Of a stretch of DNA of 64,000 bases, positions 23,734 to 37,623 are shown one piece after another. Each line of letters starts with the position of its first letter. Position 1 is the first letter of the stretch. The position numbers and the translations under genes were made by a program. Where the stretch lies: the NCBI RefSeq assembly GCF_964355755.1, contig NC_092673.1, positions 930,001 through 994,000 of the forward strand, read 5' to 3'. Below the pieces are notes generated by a model, which did not search any database, was not told the DNA's origin, and saw only the letters and a program-made list of their open reading frames with translations. Source of the DNA: Antedon mediterranea. Taxonomy: Eukaryota > Animalia > Echinodermata.

Positions 23734-25045
23734 TTTTTTTTTTCTTTCCCTTTTCAGGGAATTTATTAGTTCAATGTATATTGACCTTTGGCCCTAATAC
23801 AAACAAATAAAAAATAACTATAACTTAAGATAATGATTTCTTCTTTGAAAAGCAAAGTAGACGTATTTTCCTAAATTATAAGTAAAATTTGTGTTGGAAA
23901 GTAATAAACATAGCTTATTAATAGAAGGAAAAACACGAATAAATCTCGGAATAAAACTTTTTCTTAAATCATTATAAAATGTGCATTGCAAAATAAAATG
24001 ATATTCATCCTCAATAATGTTCTTTTTACATAATTTACACGTTCTCTTATACCTTTCTACACCCTCCCATCTGCCCTTTTCAATTTCTAGTTCTAATATC
24101 CCTAAACGTAACTTAGGTAATAATCTGCTTTGTTTAAAATTAATGATGTTGGTCAAGTGATAACTTAAACATATTTCTTTTTTATAAAGAGAAAAGAGCC
24201 TTAACTTATTATGTAATCTAAATTTTTGAATGCATTTTTGTTTTTCAATATCACATAAGCGCAACTTAAATTCTCTCAAAAATAAACCTTTACTATATTA
24301 ACATATTGTTGTAACCATATAACCAAAACCAGTAGAAAAAAGTAAGTGTTTGACCTGTTGTGCCCAACAATTCTCATTACGGTTAACTTTTCTAAGTTGA
24401 AACTCATAACACTTAAAAATGAATCTGTCATGATCTAAAGTAACTGTAACTAAACAATCCAAAGAAAGTGGTAATCTACCTAACTCAGAAGTAATAGCGG
24501 CATTTGGTGCATTTTTCCCAACTTGCAATAAATATCTACAAAATTTAGTATGTGCTTCCATACGTTAAAATAGGAAGTATTTTCACATCAAAAATATGGT
24601 TCCATGTATTAATTGGAAGAAAAGATAAGTTACGATAAATAAATGATTTTAAACAGAATAAACTTTGATTTGCTTTTTGTTGATTATGTTGCATTGAGTT
24701 GTTCCATGCACCATTTGAACTAAAAATAACACCAAGATAATTATACGAATTAACAATTTTTAATTGAATATGTTTATGTTTCAATGTTCCTTAAATTGCG
24801 GCCATTTTTTAAAACCATAATTTTGGATTTTGTAGTGTTTACAGTAAGTTTCCAAGTATCACAATAAAGTTCAAGTTTATTTATTAATTTTTGGAGACCT
24901 TTCACCGTATCACTAACAAGCACTAAGTCATCTGCATAAAGAAGATGATTCATATGACAATCTCCAATTTGAATGAAATCGTTTACCTGATTAAGTATAC
25001 CACTCAAATCATTAATGTAAATATTAAAGAGAAGGACGACAACGG
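23734..25045 (-). pseudogene. 5'-truncated, frameshifted non-LTR retrotransposon ORF2 (reverse transcriptase plus C-terminal Cys/His domain), RTE-X-like
   Basis: Fragments LFNIYIND, HLLYADDLVL, YNYLGVIF, ILPILTYG, KFCRYLLQV...ELGRLPL, EKGRW...RTCKLC...EDEYHFILQC in shifting frames. Minus-strand AATAAA (23762-23767) and an A-run (~23734-23743). Clade assignment is from motif recall. Confidence 0.9.
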
Positions 25046-25299
25046 CTTTCAGAACAATGACTAATTACATATAATGAGCTTCAAACGATCGCTTTGAATA
25101 TAATGAACCGCAATTTTGAATGTCATTACCCTAATTTGACATTATGTCAAATAATCATCAATGATATATTTTCACAATTTAATACGATAATACGGAGTAT
25201 AATATTTGCAATACATTTTCTTATGCTAAATCTATATTGCGTTGCGTGGGAACAGACATCGAAATTGCCCACACTAACGGCTAACCAATGCAAACAGAA

Positions 25300-26001
25300 A
25301 AGCTAGTAGAAGAGCCAACAGAAGAAGAGCTAACCGAAGAAGAGCAAACAGCAGAGCTAACAGAAAGAGCTAACAGAAGAAGAGCTAACAGAAAGAGCTA
25401 ACAGAATAAGAGCTAACAGAAAAAGCTAACAGAACAAGCGCTAACAGAAGGAGAGCAAAGAGAAGAGTTAACAGAAGAAGAGCTAACAGAAGAAGAGCTA
25501 ACGGAAGAAGAGCTAACGGAAGAAGAGCTAACAGAACAAGAGCTAACAGACGAAGAGCTAACGGAAGAAGAGCTAACAGAAGAAATGCTAAAAAAAGAAT
25601 AGCTAAAAGAGAAGAAGATAAAACAGAAGAAAAGCTAACGGAAAAGGATCAGAAGAAGTGCTAACAGAAGAGCTAACAGAAGAAGAGCTAACAGAAAGAG
25701 CTAACAGAAAGAGCTAACAGAAAGAGCTAACAGAACAAGAGCTAACAGAAGAAGAGCAAACAGAAAAGCTAACAGAAGAAGAGCTAACGGAAGAAGATAT
25801 AACAGAAGAAGAGCTAACAGAAGAAGAGCTAACAGAAGAAGGGCTAACAGAAGAAGAGCTAACAGAAGAAGAGCTAACAGAAGAAGAGCTAACAGAAGAA
25901 GAGCTAACGGAAGAGGAATCAGAATAAGTTCTAACAGAAGAGCTAACAGAAGAAGAGACACAGAAGAAGAGACACAGAAGAAGAGATACAGAAGAAGAGC
26001 T
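25300..26001. repeat. Purine-rich minisatellite AGCTAACAGAAGAAG (15 bp, with 12-13-bp variants), >40 copies
   Basis: Direct reading; explains the poly-Leu/Ala and poly-Ser/Val ORFs. Confidence 0.95.
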
Positions 26002-26829
26002 CAATGGGATAACCGCATTGGAATAGAACTTGGATTTGTCTATACATCAGTCTGTACTATAAATGTATTTAATGGAAACAAATTACATTCCAGAGATGAG
26101 ATGTTTAGCTTTTATACAAAATGTGATTTTTTTCAAATTCATTAATTCAATAACTGTAATAATCAAACTGTTAGAAGTAACACGGATTCATATAACAATG
26201 TCTAAAAGGGGCATACATGTATATATTGTTTTAATAACATTACTATAGACTTTCAACATTCGAATTGTAATTGCTAACAAGTATGCTCATGTAATTTAAT
26301 AATATATCAATATGAATCAATCTCATTGTTTGGTTCATTAAGCCTAGAAGTAGGCTGGTCACAAGGATTTCGATTTATTATTCCCCACAGTGTCCATTTG
26401 TCCAGTACTATATTGACCATTGAATGCTACATTTCATTTTGAAATAATGATAAACAAACTGTTTGACGACACCAGCTAACTCAATCGATTTAAACGATCA
26501 ATATCGTACTAAAGTTATTGGTATACATTCTCTTGTCAAATCGTCGTTTGAAAATATGGGATTGACGATGAGAAATTCAATGTAGAATTACGCGCGCGTA
26601 GGCCTATACATAGATGTACCACGATGAAGAAAGGAACATTTGTTATATCGAGTAATATGTTTCGTCATTCGACCTGACAGAATTGTTTAAAGCTAATTTT
26701 AGATGCCGTACTAACCAAAATACCAAACCAATGATAGAAAAAAAAACCCAATGTATATGACGTCATTCACTTTATATAAATATAATATAAATTATCAATT
26801 TCAAATCAAATTATAAAAACGATTTCTTT

Positions 26830-27115
26830 TCAAAGTAAATCCTCACTGAAACTGTTTTTTAGGATCTTTTTCTTTTTAGACTATTTTATTACAACTAATA
26901 TGTTTATATATGTTATGTATCCCTTAAATTCTTCACTCCTTTTTAAAACATTGTAAATAGTGTCTGTCTGTATATTGTGATTTTAAAGTTCTTTTTATGA
27001 ATGTTTTTTATCTATTGCTCTAAAGAAACAGGACCGTGTGTAAAACTGGTGCAATATCTATTAGACCTGATATGTTTTTATCCTATATAAATATGTTTTT
27101 GTTTATATAAATAAA
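26830..27115 (+). mobile_element. Possible L2-group LINE 3' UTR remnant
   Basis: T-rich stretch ending CAGGACCGTGTGTAAAACTGG...TCCTATATAAATA...AATAAATA, resembling L2-group 3' ends; no coding proof. Confidence 0.35.
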
Positions 27116-27764
27116 TAGATGTAATACACTAGTAGGTGATGTTTGACTATGTCCAGGTAGGCTGGAATTCTTCTAATAATTGATTTCAATATTTTCGTAA
27201 CCTTAATGCAGGATTATTAGCATAATCCACACACATCCTTTGTGATTAATATCATAATCCACCGGCTTTAGCTGTTGATTTAGTCTATCAATTCTTCCAT
27301 AAAGCTTAAAAAGACTATTAATGTTAACTATTTGCTCTAACACAGATTTGAAGACGATATGTAAATATCAAACCGAGTGTAACATAATTGTCCAATGTTT
27401 CCGTTGCCGAAAATCAATGATGATCCGATTAGGCTGTATGAAATATTAGATACTAAGAGAGTTAGCTAATCGATCCATTAAACATAACAAACTTGATGCA
27501 TTTGTAGTGCAGTTATCTTGATCTTAAAGACAGAGGATTGATTAACATACATTTCTGCGGCCATTATTTTATCTAAAAGATATAGTACTGCATGCCTATC
27601 AGTCATATATACAGATTTAGTATAAAAAAACAATATGGTAAATCTTATGTTTACCCAATATATAGAGCAGATAAATAACAAGTGTATGCATGTAGGTCTA
27701 TACAAAATACAACAGATGCACAGATAAAACCTCTCCACATATACAGTAGGCGGATTTTCAAGCG

Positions 27765-27937
27765 AATCTTGGGAAAGGACAATGTGGCGAATTATTGACA
27801 GGAAACCTATATTTCTTGCCTCTCTCCATCCAGGTGTACAAATGGATACCGTACATATACACAGCAAAACTGCGCTCATAACGTGTTCCGTAAACGACCG
27901 GGTTGATGTGAGTAAGCGCTATATAAAAATTAAATAA
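27765..27937 (+). mobile_element. CORE-like SINE body with L2-type tail
   Basis: TTGCCTCTCTCCATCCAGGTGTACAAATGGATACC resembles the invertebrate CORE-SINE central domain; ends AAGCGCTATATAAAAATTAAATAAA. Confidence 0.55.
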
Positions 27938-28100
27938 AGAAACTACCTTTTGGTTTCATCTTTACCGTATCCTGACAAAGAAACTACCTTTTTTGCTTCA
28001 ACTTTACCGTATCCTGACAAAGAAACTACCTTTTGGCTTCATCTTTACCGATCATGACACAGAAACTACCTTTTGGCTTCATCTTTACCGTATCATGGCA
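27936..28100. repeat. ~41-bp tandem repeat AAAGAAACTACCTTTTGGCTTCATCTTTACCGTATCCTGAC, 4 copies
   Basis: Direct reading. Confidence 0.93.
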
Positions 28101-29441
28101 AAACAATACCGAGAAATGTATTTCTAACATTGTACATTATTTGATTTGATTGATAGCAAAAGTCATACAAATAAGTAACGAATACAAACATGCAAAAACT
28201 AATGCCACTTAAGGCTAAAAATGTTATCAAACCAATTAATCTAGGAAACAAAAAAAACATCAAGATTATAAAAGCCATTCATTAAAAAACATACAATGCA
28301 ATCAATTAAGCCCTATGCACTTAGGCCTATTAGAAAGTTCAAATATACCAATTTCAGTTTGGAACAATTTAGCTTAATTAATAAAACTATTCAGAGATGT
28401 TGAAAGATGCGAAGCAACGCTTAATTTACAGAAGCACTAGAAATTGTGGAATGGGCCACAATTGCTTGATTGCACTAGTACTACTCGTTGATGCATATAT
28501 TGATGGTCGTATTAGCCTAGAACCACTTAAACGACGTCGATGGACAATGTATGTTTGTATCACCAGGTGTAGAAATATTATACGGAAACCTGACACATCA
28601 TCATACTTTGTTCTACAATGTATGTTTATGCAGATGCGTATATGACAACATGTTCATTGATAACTACCACTGAGATATTTCCTGTGTTTCTCGGCTAAAA
28701 TGAAAATAGGCCTCTATTATGACCAGTTCTCCAGAGTTTGTGGCATTCAAAAGATGAACTATGTTATATTTATATACAGTATATTGTTATTGTAGAGGTT
28801 GTCAACGTTTTCTTAGCCGTTTCTGTATTTCCTCAATCTAAATGTGTGTTTATTGTTTGAAAATACAGATTGATTTAATTTTTTTTTATTCTTACGAAAT
28901 TTTTACTTTTTAAAAGTACTTTTTAATCTTCCCTTTAAAGCTCTTTTTATCGGAGTGTTATGCATAATTGTATATAACTATAATATTTATCTTATCTGAA
29001 CCGTTGGTCAACAAAACGGTGTGTTTGACCACTGGCCATTCAGTGACTAGTACACAATATGTGTGTAACGACATATCCAATCATTGTATTGATCGAAAAC
29101 TGGTGTTTGGTACTGATGATAGGTATAACTGCTCTTGTTAAAAGCAGTTCATATATCATTTATCATAATTTATTGCCTAAGTCTGCTTTATACTTATTGA
29201 TTGGATTTATTGAAGGGTATGTCAAGTGGTCATTCCAATAACTATGATTTTATATTTTACATGAGGAGGCTCGCTGCTGCTCCAGACGTTATATAAACAA
29301 CTTCAGTTGTTTTTTTGTTATAATCGTCCTGAATATTATTATTACTATATCAAGTAAAGGCTTCTTATTTTCTTGGTCAATATTTTATTAACGTAAATAA
29401 GAATAAACGTTAACATGACTACCATGCGTTTCGCCGTCTTA

Positions 29442-29615
29442 AGCCCGGCGCACACTTGAGCTTCCGGCTGAGCCAACTGGCACGAGTAACACTTTGCTCA
29501 CAGCGTGTGCCGGGGAATTCGTGAGGAATCGGCCACGCGTGCCACTGAGGAAAATATATATCGTGTTTAATATTTTTTGACACCCGTGCCATTTTCCTCA
29601 AGTGTACGCCGAACT
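29442..29615. mobile_element. Harbinger-type MITE, family C
   Basis: TTA|AGCCCGGCGCACACTTGAG ... CTCAAGTGTACGCCGAACT|TAA. Confidence 0.85.
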
Positions 29616-29618
29616 TAA

Positions 29619-29970
29619 AGCCCGGCGCACACTAGAGCTTTCGGCTGAGCCAACTGGCACGATTAACACTTGGCTCAGTAAAAAATTTGCCGCAAATTGT
29701 GATCGTTTTCTATCGGACGCACACTAAACGCCTTCAGTACGCGATTTTCTGATTGGATAGTTACTTAATACGCTATACGGCACGCGCTGACGTATTATAA
29801 TAAATCAGAACTTGTCATGCGCAGTGGAATTTTTTAGTGAGCTATCTGCTCACGTTCGGTAAAAAACGGTATGAACACAACCGCACTTTCTAGCCGCACG
29901 CGCCTATCATATGATTCATACGCGCGCGACCGTTGCGCATCAGTCCTCGTCATCCCACTGCCGCTCTGTT
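29619..29970. mobile_element. Left end of a second, longer family-C element; right end not found
   Basis: First ~60 bp nearly identical to 29442-29500, followed by different GC/CpG-rich sequence. Confidence 0.65.
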
Positions 29971-30981
29971 GATAAACTCACTTTAACCTAATATAAACTT
30001 TGTCAATGTAACTATTTTTTAGTTCCTTCCTAAGCGTATTTACTTGCACAAGTTATCTTTTAATAATACATGTTTATAAATAAAGAAAATCGGTTGTTGA
30101 CGGTACTTACGTTGATACCGTCCTACTAAACAAATTAAATTAAGAAAAGACATCTAAACTAGATTTAGGAAAGCTGTTTGTTGTTTTAGAACGGAGAAAC
30201 ATCTTGGCGTCTTACTATACTTAGAAAACATATACTTTCACTGCGCTCAAGAAAAGTATCACAGCTTAATACAGAAGTAGGCTGTGTTATTCTATTCCAA
30301 TATAAATCATTCAACGCAATTATCCAGAGAAATTACTTTTTTAAGGTTAAAGTTCAAAAAATAAAAATAATAATATTAGTATAAAAAGTGTATAGGCGAA
30401 TTTTAATGACAATATTTGATGAATTAATGTTAATAGAAAATAAATGGTTCCCGTCTGATGAAAGTAGGCCTAGTATTTGGATTTTCAGGGAAGGCGTGGA
30501 GGTGGCACTTATTTTAGCTTGGATAAAACGCAAGGGTAATTCGCCAATCACAAATGGGCGGGGGAGGGGGAGAGATAAAGAAAACCCTATACAGCAATTA
30601 AAAAAAAAAAACTTCCGCAGCTTTTTAAAATAGATTATTCAAAGGTTCATGAAATAATGTATTACCGGTTAAACTGGTATATATAGCTATTTCTTTTCCA
30701 ATCAATATAATTTCTTCACGGTATTCTTTATAATTCAAATGCACATGATAGACCTTTATACAGTAATAGGAATAATATTATTAAATTGCTGAATTAATAA
30801 TATCATTATTGTACATTTCAAGGTCAATAAAACCATGTATATTTATTAACGGTGTAATAAGCCGACCCATCAAGACAGACTAGCTGTCTACACACACAAA
30901 TGTTGGTGGGCGTTCCATACAATTTCAACTTTTACAGAGGACGCTGTTTAGTTGTTGTAGACCTATAATGCAGGAACTGCA

Positions 30982-31116
30982 AGTTCTCACACTATCAAAC
31001 TAGTTTGACAAAAAAGTGTGATGTTCCCAAATATGGCAATGATATGACATCATTATGTCCATAAGTGGGCACATCACATTTTTTGTCACATAAAGTTTGA
31101 TAGTGTAGACAGAGCT
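30982..31116. mobile_element. Harbinger-type MITE, family D
   Basis: ..CACACTATCAAAC ... GTTTGATAGTGTAGACAGAGCT; same family as the copies at 35277 and 63249. Confidence 0.85.
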
Positions 31117-34100
31117 GGTTGGTGAGAGTACCTATAATGTATGTTGTGGTAAGCTATAATGCAGGAGGCCTGCATGTTGTCTATTATTAGTATGGCAAGT
31201 GTGGACATACTGTATGTCACAGTTATGTCATTATATCGTATTGCAGTTGGCCTATATAATAATTGCGTTCATAATACTTGAGAGGTACTCACAATTGCGA
31301 CTATTTTTTTAATTTTGTGTAGTTCACATACCGTATTGCATGCTTTAAACATAATAAACCTATATACTATAGTAGACGTGTCTCTTATATACTATAAACA
31401 CATTCTGCTTAGCGAAAACCATCAAGTAATTGCGTAGCTTTATTTCGACTGAAAGACGCACTTGATCATTGTGTTCGTTTAACGAAATAGTTTGTTACAA
31501 TATTAATAAAGTGAATGTTTTGGTGTGTTTTAAAATACATTCTACAGATCAATCTATTTTGTTTCTGTCATATTCGATATACAGTTGATTACTGAAATTC
31601 AAAGCTGATACCGCGGGCCTACACAAACAGACGGCTATTATACCAACATGTGTATGTGTGTTACAAAACAGGTGTTGTACCCTGTCCAACATACGCTAAT
31701 AAAGATGTTACCAATTTATGGATGACAACATTCTTTATTGAATATTTGAATATGCTAGATAAAATTCTTTAGAAATATAGCAATTTTCTTTGGGAATAGG
31801 GAGAGGGTTTTTGAAATGTGCATGTTAATGCTAAAGAATGACAGAGAAAGTTTGCGTGTATTGTGAGTCGTGTTTGCTGCATTACAATGCAGAAGGTAAT
31901 CTCAAATATCTAATATTGATTGTTAATGTTTTCAAACTTCTTCGATGCACTTGGAAATAATTTGTCTAGCAAGCATCATTATAAGTAGGTCTATATTTAA
32001 GTTCACAGTATTCATGTGCTCCGTGATTATTTTCTTTTTGCTTCTTTTTTTAAAAATAGTGACATCTACAGAAATTGATATCAATAAGATGATTAATACG
32101 TAAGCGATTACTCTGTGGCTATACTCAATTTGACCACGATGCTATTTTTAATAAGGGCCTTGCGGACTTTAGCGAGGGCATAACTTCATGCATTTCATAT
32201 TTGTTGATCGATCTCGGAGAAGCGAGGTCTGAGTCTAAAATCGATTGAAATTTTTACTACGGTTTTTTTAATTTGCGTCGATACGGGATAGAATTCATGT
32301 CAAATATTTATCGACTAACATCACGTGCACATTTACAAAATACGCTCCTCAAAACATAGTACAGAATATTAAAAATAGTAACGGTAATAAATAGATTGTT
32401 ATATTATGTTTTATTATTACTAACAAATGGAAACATTGGCTCAGAATGACGTATCTAGGACTACTGACTGAAACAGAATAATTCAACTATCTACATACAG
32501 GTACACGTATTATTACGATAATAATTATTATTTTCTCTAAATATATTCTTGTAGGCCTAAATGTATTTTTTTTTATTTAACATCCAAATATCTCTTCTAA
32601 TTATACATAACCTGACAGAATGGGGTAATTAGTTCTACATGTTTTAATATAGAGCGATGTTTACTATTGCTAGTCGGCTGCTGTGTACATAGCCCATTTG
32701 AAAAGCGGTCAGGACTCGTTTGTTCAATCTATACGATTCAGTGATCGTGCGAGTTCCTTTTGTAGAAGTGCGCCTGTGGCAAATATGCTACTGACAAGAT
32801 TATTGACTTGATAATGATAAAAGCATCTTAATCCAAAAATATTAATATGATTAGAATGCATTACAATCATCGATTAAGACATTCGAATTGAGGGTGCTAT
32901 AAAATTCACGTAGATTCGATAACATTTTAAAGTAAGTGTGTTTTCAAATTGTATTTGCAGTGTTTGTTTCCATTGTAGACAATCTGCAGGACCCAACTTG
33001 CACTCATCATCATACAAATATACATCTATATTCATAATTGTAGGCCGTGAAGGCCATATTGGGGATCGAAAGGCAGGTTGGGTAAAAAAGAGGAATTTTA
33101 ACACGACCACCCAAGATAGTACTTCTAACACAAACGGGGTACTCAAAAAATGGTATAAAATATACCGTATTTCATACTGTATTTTGAGGATATGCAGCAA
33201 AAACAGGACTGAATCATGCAATCTGCTAATTTTGTACAAGAATACTATTAGGATTTGGATTTTTAAATTGTTGTTTTCAATTGGTAAGATAGGTTTATTT
33301 ATAGACTGTGAAAGCGTGTCCTGCCTATAATTGAAGCAAGTGAGATACGCACACATACCAATCGATATTTAGCGTCCAGAAACTCGGGCGTGGATCAATA
33401 CATATCTGATTGGTGCCCCGATGTTTAACATACTCTACACATCAATGATTTATCCCATCTGCTAAAAAGTAAGTCGGCAATCTAGGCAACAACAATACGT
33501 AATGAACCAACCCATGGGATTTTGAATTGAATAGTAATATCTGTCAGGTTTGGTAAACTACATTTTTGATTAACGATTGTATTGAATTTGCTTCTGGGCT
33601 TAGGATTTGACATTGTGTAATCGGTGGTATTGAGTTGATTGATTGAAGTTTGTCATAACATTTAACACTTTACAAATAATTAACAATAATTATTATACTT
33701 CAGATAGAATTAGTGACTAAGTTAGCCCACTTAAATATAAAGTCAAAGTAGTTCCATTTTGGTTCTGCTTCATTTTTTGTCACGCCCTCTAGTCTGCTTT
33801 CGTGGCGCGCATAAATACGCGGATATTTTCGTAAGTTTTTTGACATTGTTGAGTTGGATTTTGCGCGTATGCCTGCTTAGTACCGGGGATAAGATGTTGG
33901 CCATCTTTATATCTTAAGGGGAAACCACATGATTTAAATATTGTGGTCACGTGCAGAAATAAAAGTGGGAATATCAATTTATATTGGGTTATCGCATGGT
34001 TCTTTGCTGAAGCTCAAACAAGGTCCTTCTGTCATGGGAAGAGTAAAATTAATAATTTCACTCTCCCTTGGTGATATACATTATTGAAAAGAATCTTGTA

Positions 34101-35276
34101 TTTGTAAATGTGAATATTTTCACTTAACATGTAATATTTATTCACTTTCAATCGTATAATATAAGAACGTACTTACCTGTGTTTAAGCCATGAATTATAT
34201 GTTTAGTTATACAACGATGGATTAGTACAGGAAAACCCTGACATACATAATGTTGAACCTACAACATGGAAGAAATTTAAAACAATTCTCAATTCTCATC
34301 ATTATACAGAGGTGCTATTGAACTAGTTAACACATTGATGTTAAACAGTTTTAAAACATCCATTTTTCTCATTTAAACGCTATTTTCACTGATATAAGTT
34401 TGATGAAAAAATGTATTCGCGTAATAACGAGGTTGGTGTGGTGTTTGTAATACACACAACCATAGGCCTATGTAAGTTATTTGTTATCAAAGACAAAGTA
34501 TGTTTAAATTTAATCAGCAAACATCAACATATAAAAACAAAACATCAAAGTATCATTTGGTCGAGGGACGACTTAGAAACATAGGAGACATAACCATGAA
34601 CCTCAACTGTTTCTCTAATTCCAATACAGATAAACAGGTTACCATCCAAGAGTCGTGTAATTTCATACATATTTGACTGTCATTAGATGGATGTAAATGG
34701 GTTTAATGACATTTATAGCAGCATTAAATTTGAATTTATCAAAATTTACCTTGTGCTAAATAAAAAGAATGCAATATAACATAATGTTTTTTTTACCGCC
34801 TGTACAATTTATATCGTCGAGATCTAAATCCCAACTGACGCTTTTAAACATTTTATTCGAAAACTAAAACGTGATGGATGTAACTTTTACCAATTAATCT
34901 ATATTCCAAATCAGTTTTAGGATCCTATTTAGTATTTGATTAAGTAAGAATTTATGCTGCACTTAACTGGAAATATATTTGAGATTTATAGCAGAAAAGA
35001 AATTTCATCCGAAAATCTAAAAAGAAAATGGAAACGTCAAGAAATAATATTTACGAGCCTTAAGGTAATATGCAGTGTATTTTATTTCTTCTTGCTTTAA
35101 ATTGAAGTTATGTGATCCGATGATATTGGGAGTGATTTAAAATCGAAACACTATAAAATAATTACGTTAATCACAACAGTTAGGTTTTCTTTTTATATTT
35201 AGAATATCATAAATCAAAAACTGTATATATAGTTGCTCTTATTCCTCAACATTTGTCGCGTATTTATGCAGTTTAA

Positions 35277-35429
35277 AGCTCTCTCTCTACACTATGAAAC
35301 TAGTTTGAAAAAAGAGTGTTATGTGTCCAAATATGGTAGTGGTATGCCCAAAAATGGTAGTGATATGACATCCATATATGGGCACATCACATTTTTTGTC
35401 ACATAAAATGTGATGGTGTAGACAGAGGT
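35277..35429. mobile_element. Harbinger-type MITE, family D
   Basis: TAA|AGCTCTCTCTCTACACTATGAAAC ... GTGTAGACAGAGGT|TTA. Confidence 0.85.
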
Positions 35430-37498
35430 TTATATTATTTTGCTGTTTTAGTGTTTTTAATATTATTAACTGTAAAAATGCAAAGCTGTTCAAAACAATA
35501 ATTTTAATATCAACATTTACGACCAAAATATTAAATTGATTAAATGATTCCTTTCTAAATCTCTTCAACCACCTGCTTTTTAATGATACTTTTGGATGGA
35601 ATTCTGATTTCCACTTATGTTGAATCAAAATGTTAATGTATTGTACTTACAAAATGGCGTTGTTAAAATAATAAAACATATTTAACTTATAACTTGTTGT
35701 AGCATTGGAAACACGAATGGGCTAATCAACAATGGCTACGTTGTTTTACGGTGACACAATCGACAAGTTCATTAGTTTCCCGTATAATAATTAACTTCGT
35801 TGATCTTTCGGACGCGTTGTCACCCAAAACATGAATAAAAACAAAAGTTTTTTGGAAATCAACGGCAGATGCGCTTTCTCATTATTCAAATTTACATCAA
35901 AAACCAGTAAAAAATATCGATTGAGTCTTAATCATAAGACTCATTTTTAATTAGTATAGGTCACCATAGAAACAGATCAAAGTCACCGTGAATCAGACCA
36001 CAGTAATTACATAACAGTAATTCTAATTTAACAAATTTGTATTATTATTATTATTATCACCAAAGTTCTGACATAACATAACATAATAATATAATAATAT
36101 TAAACGCATTTGAATTGCATGCTCCATAAATCCAATTAATGATTGCTCATAGGAGGCGCACTATAACTAGAACATGGATTGAACTAGTAACATTCGAATG
36201 TTATCACACGAGGCGTAACACATCACATGAAGTCTATCGATATAATGTTTTACATCTCCAGGACAATCGTGTTTGTTTTGCAGTAAAATATCTACAACAT
36301 AACTAGTGAAGTCAACAGACTGAATTCTCAATAGCCTCATTTAAACTAAGTGGAGCGGTAAAAATGTATTTTGTATTAATGTAAATATTATACAAAAAAA
36401 ACATGTTCTTTTTTCTTATTAAAGCTTAACGTGCTCCAGGCCTGGTAGATTATATAAACCTACTTACAAGTCAAGTGTCACTGTCTTTTAAAATCTGTTC
36501 ACCGCGTACCTTGTTCTTTTACGCCAACAAAGCGTGGACCATAACGCCTCATTAATAATATATTAATAAAACTAAAACTAGATTAATATTATTATTAGTA
36601 CCGTAGCTCACATAATAAACATTTTGTACAAATAATATATTAACACTTATGCCTAATGTTATACATAATGTAATGTCTTCTAATAATATTTGTTTTGATG
36701 CGGTGTCTCATTTTATTAAAGAACATCGAGAAAGAGTAATAAAAGAAAGTAGTAAAATTATGAATTATACTATTATTATTATTATTATAGAGTGTCCCAT
36801 GAATAGGGCATCTCCCGTTGTGTAAGTAGTCTATACTTATTTGAACGCTCTGACTCAAGTGTGCATTTATATTTCACAGTTGCTATTTTTCAATAATTTT
36901 TCAATAATTAAAATTTAATATCATTAAGTAATAATGAGGAAATGGTACAAAATATTCATTAAAATAACATAATTAAACAACAGTGTTAGAACGGATTGCT
37001 CCTCAGTGAGGTGTTTATCACAGATTGAATTCACAGTCCGTGTTTTGCTAATTTAACGAGGTATTCATGATGCTATGTTGTTGACATGGTTATTGCTGCT
37101 TGCTGAATGTCATAATACAGTAGTACTGTCGTTCTAATTCCACACAATATCATCCATTCTAAAAAGGAAAATGTATCTCATTTTATTTCAATTCGCAATC
37201 CACAGCGGGGAGCTCGCCATTTACAGACTAGAATACATAAAACAAAACAAAAGAACATCAACAAGGTCCACAAGAACCAATTACAAACAATTCTTAATTT
37301 TGGATTTAAATAAGATAAACAATTAAAGAAAATATCATTAGTGGAGTCAAATGCAATATATGAATTAAGTAATCTTGGTCATTGCCAGGGTTCTCCACCA
37401 TTATTACCATGTCGGTAAATAATCTTCTGACGACAAGTAGCCTATACAAGACAACGACAATCAGGAGTCTATCCATCCGCCCTCTCTACCTATGTCCG

Positions 37499-37623
37499 TT
37501 TTTAGTCGCGTGGTCGCGACTCTATAGTTCACTATGTCGGTCGGTCGGTCGGTCTGTCGGTCTGTCTGTCGGTGCGGTATCACTATGCGTTTTAGCACGC
37601 GACTTATGGCTGTTGGCCTTGTT
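37499..37623 (+). mobile_element. Non-autonomous Helentron/DINE-1-like element (HINE)
   Basis: Starts TTTTTAGTCGCGTG with nearby partner CGCGACT; (GTCG/GTCT)n microsatellite; 3' subterminal IR CACGCGACTTA; short GGC..GCC palindrome; ends CCTTGTT. This is the DINE-1/HINE architecture. Confidence 0.75.

Noticed and set aside
25701-26004. Poly-Leu/Ala and poly-Ser/Val ORFs, or ELTEE repeats on the plus strand
   Set aside because: Minisatellite with frame-breaking 13-bp variants; no coding constraint.
30104-30150. 12-15-nt minus-strand microexon (TTTAG|TAGGACGGTATCAAC|GTAAGT)
   Set aside because: The splice-like signals are plausible but common in AT-rich DNA, and no partner coding exons could be linked.
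32874-33356. 160-aa and 130-aa overlapping ORFs; IDVYLYDD...DCLQWK faintly resembles a hAT dimerisation domain
   Set aside because: The downstream hallmark (P.L...A...L..PASSA..ER.FS) is not recoverable; non-ATG starts; resemblance too weak without a profile search.
32609-33551. AACCTGACAGA / TCTGTCAGGTT as TIRs of a ~940-bp element
   Set aside because: Only 11 bp match, no target duplication, and the same word occurs singly at ~26672.
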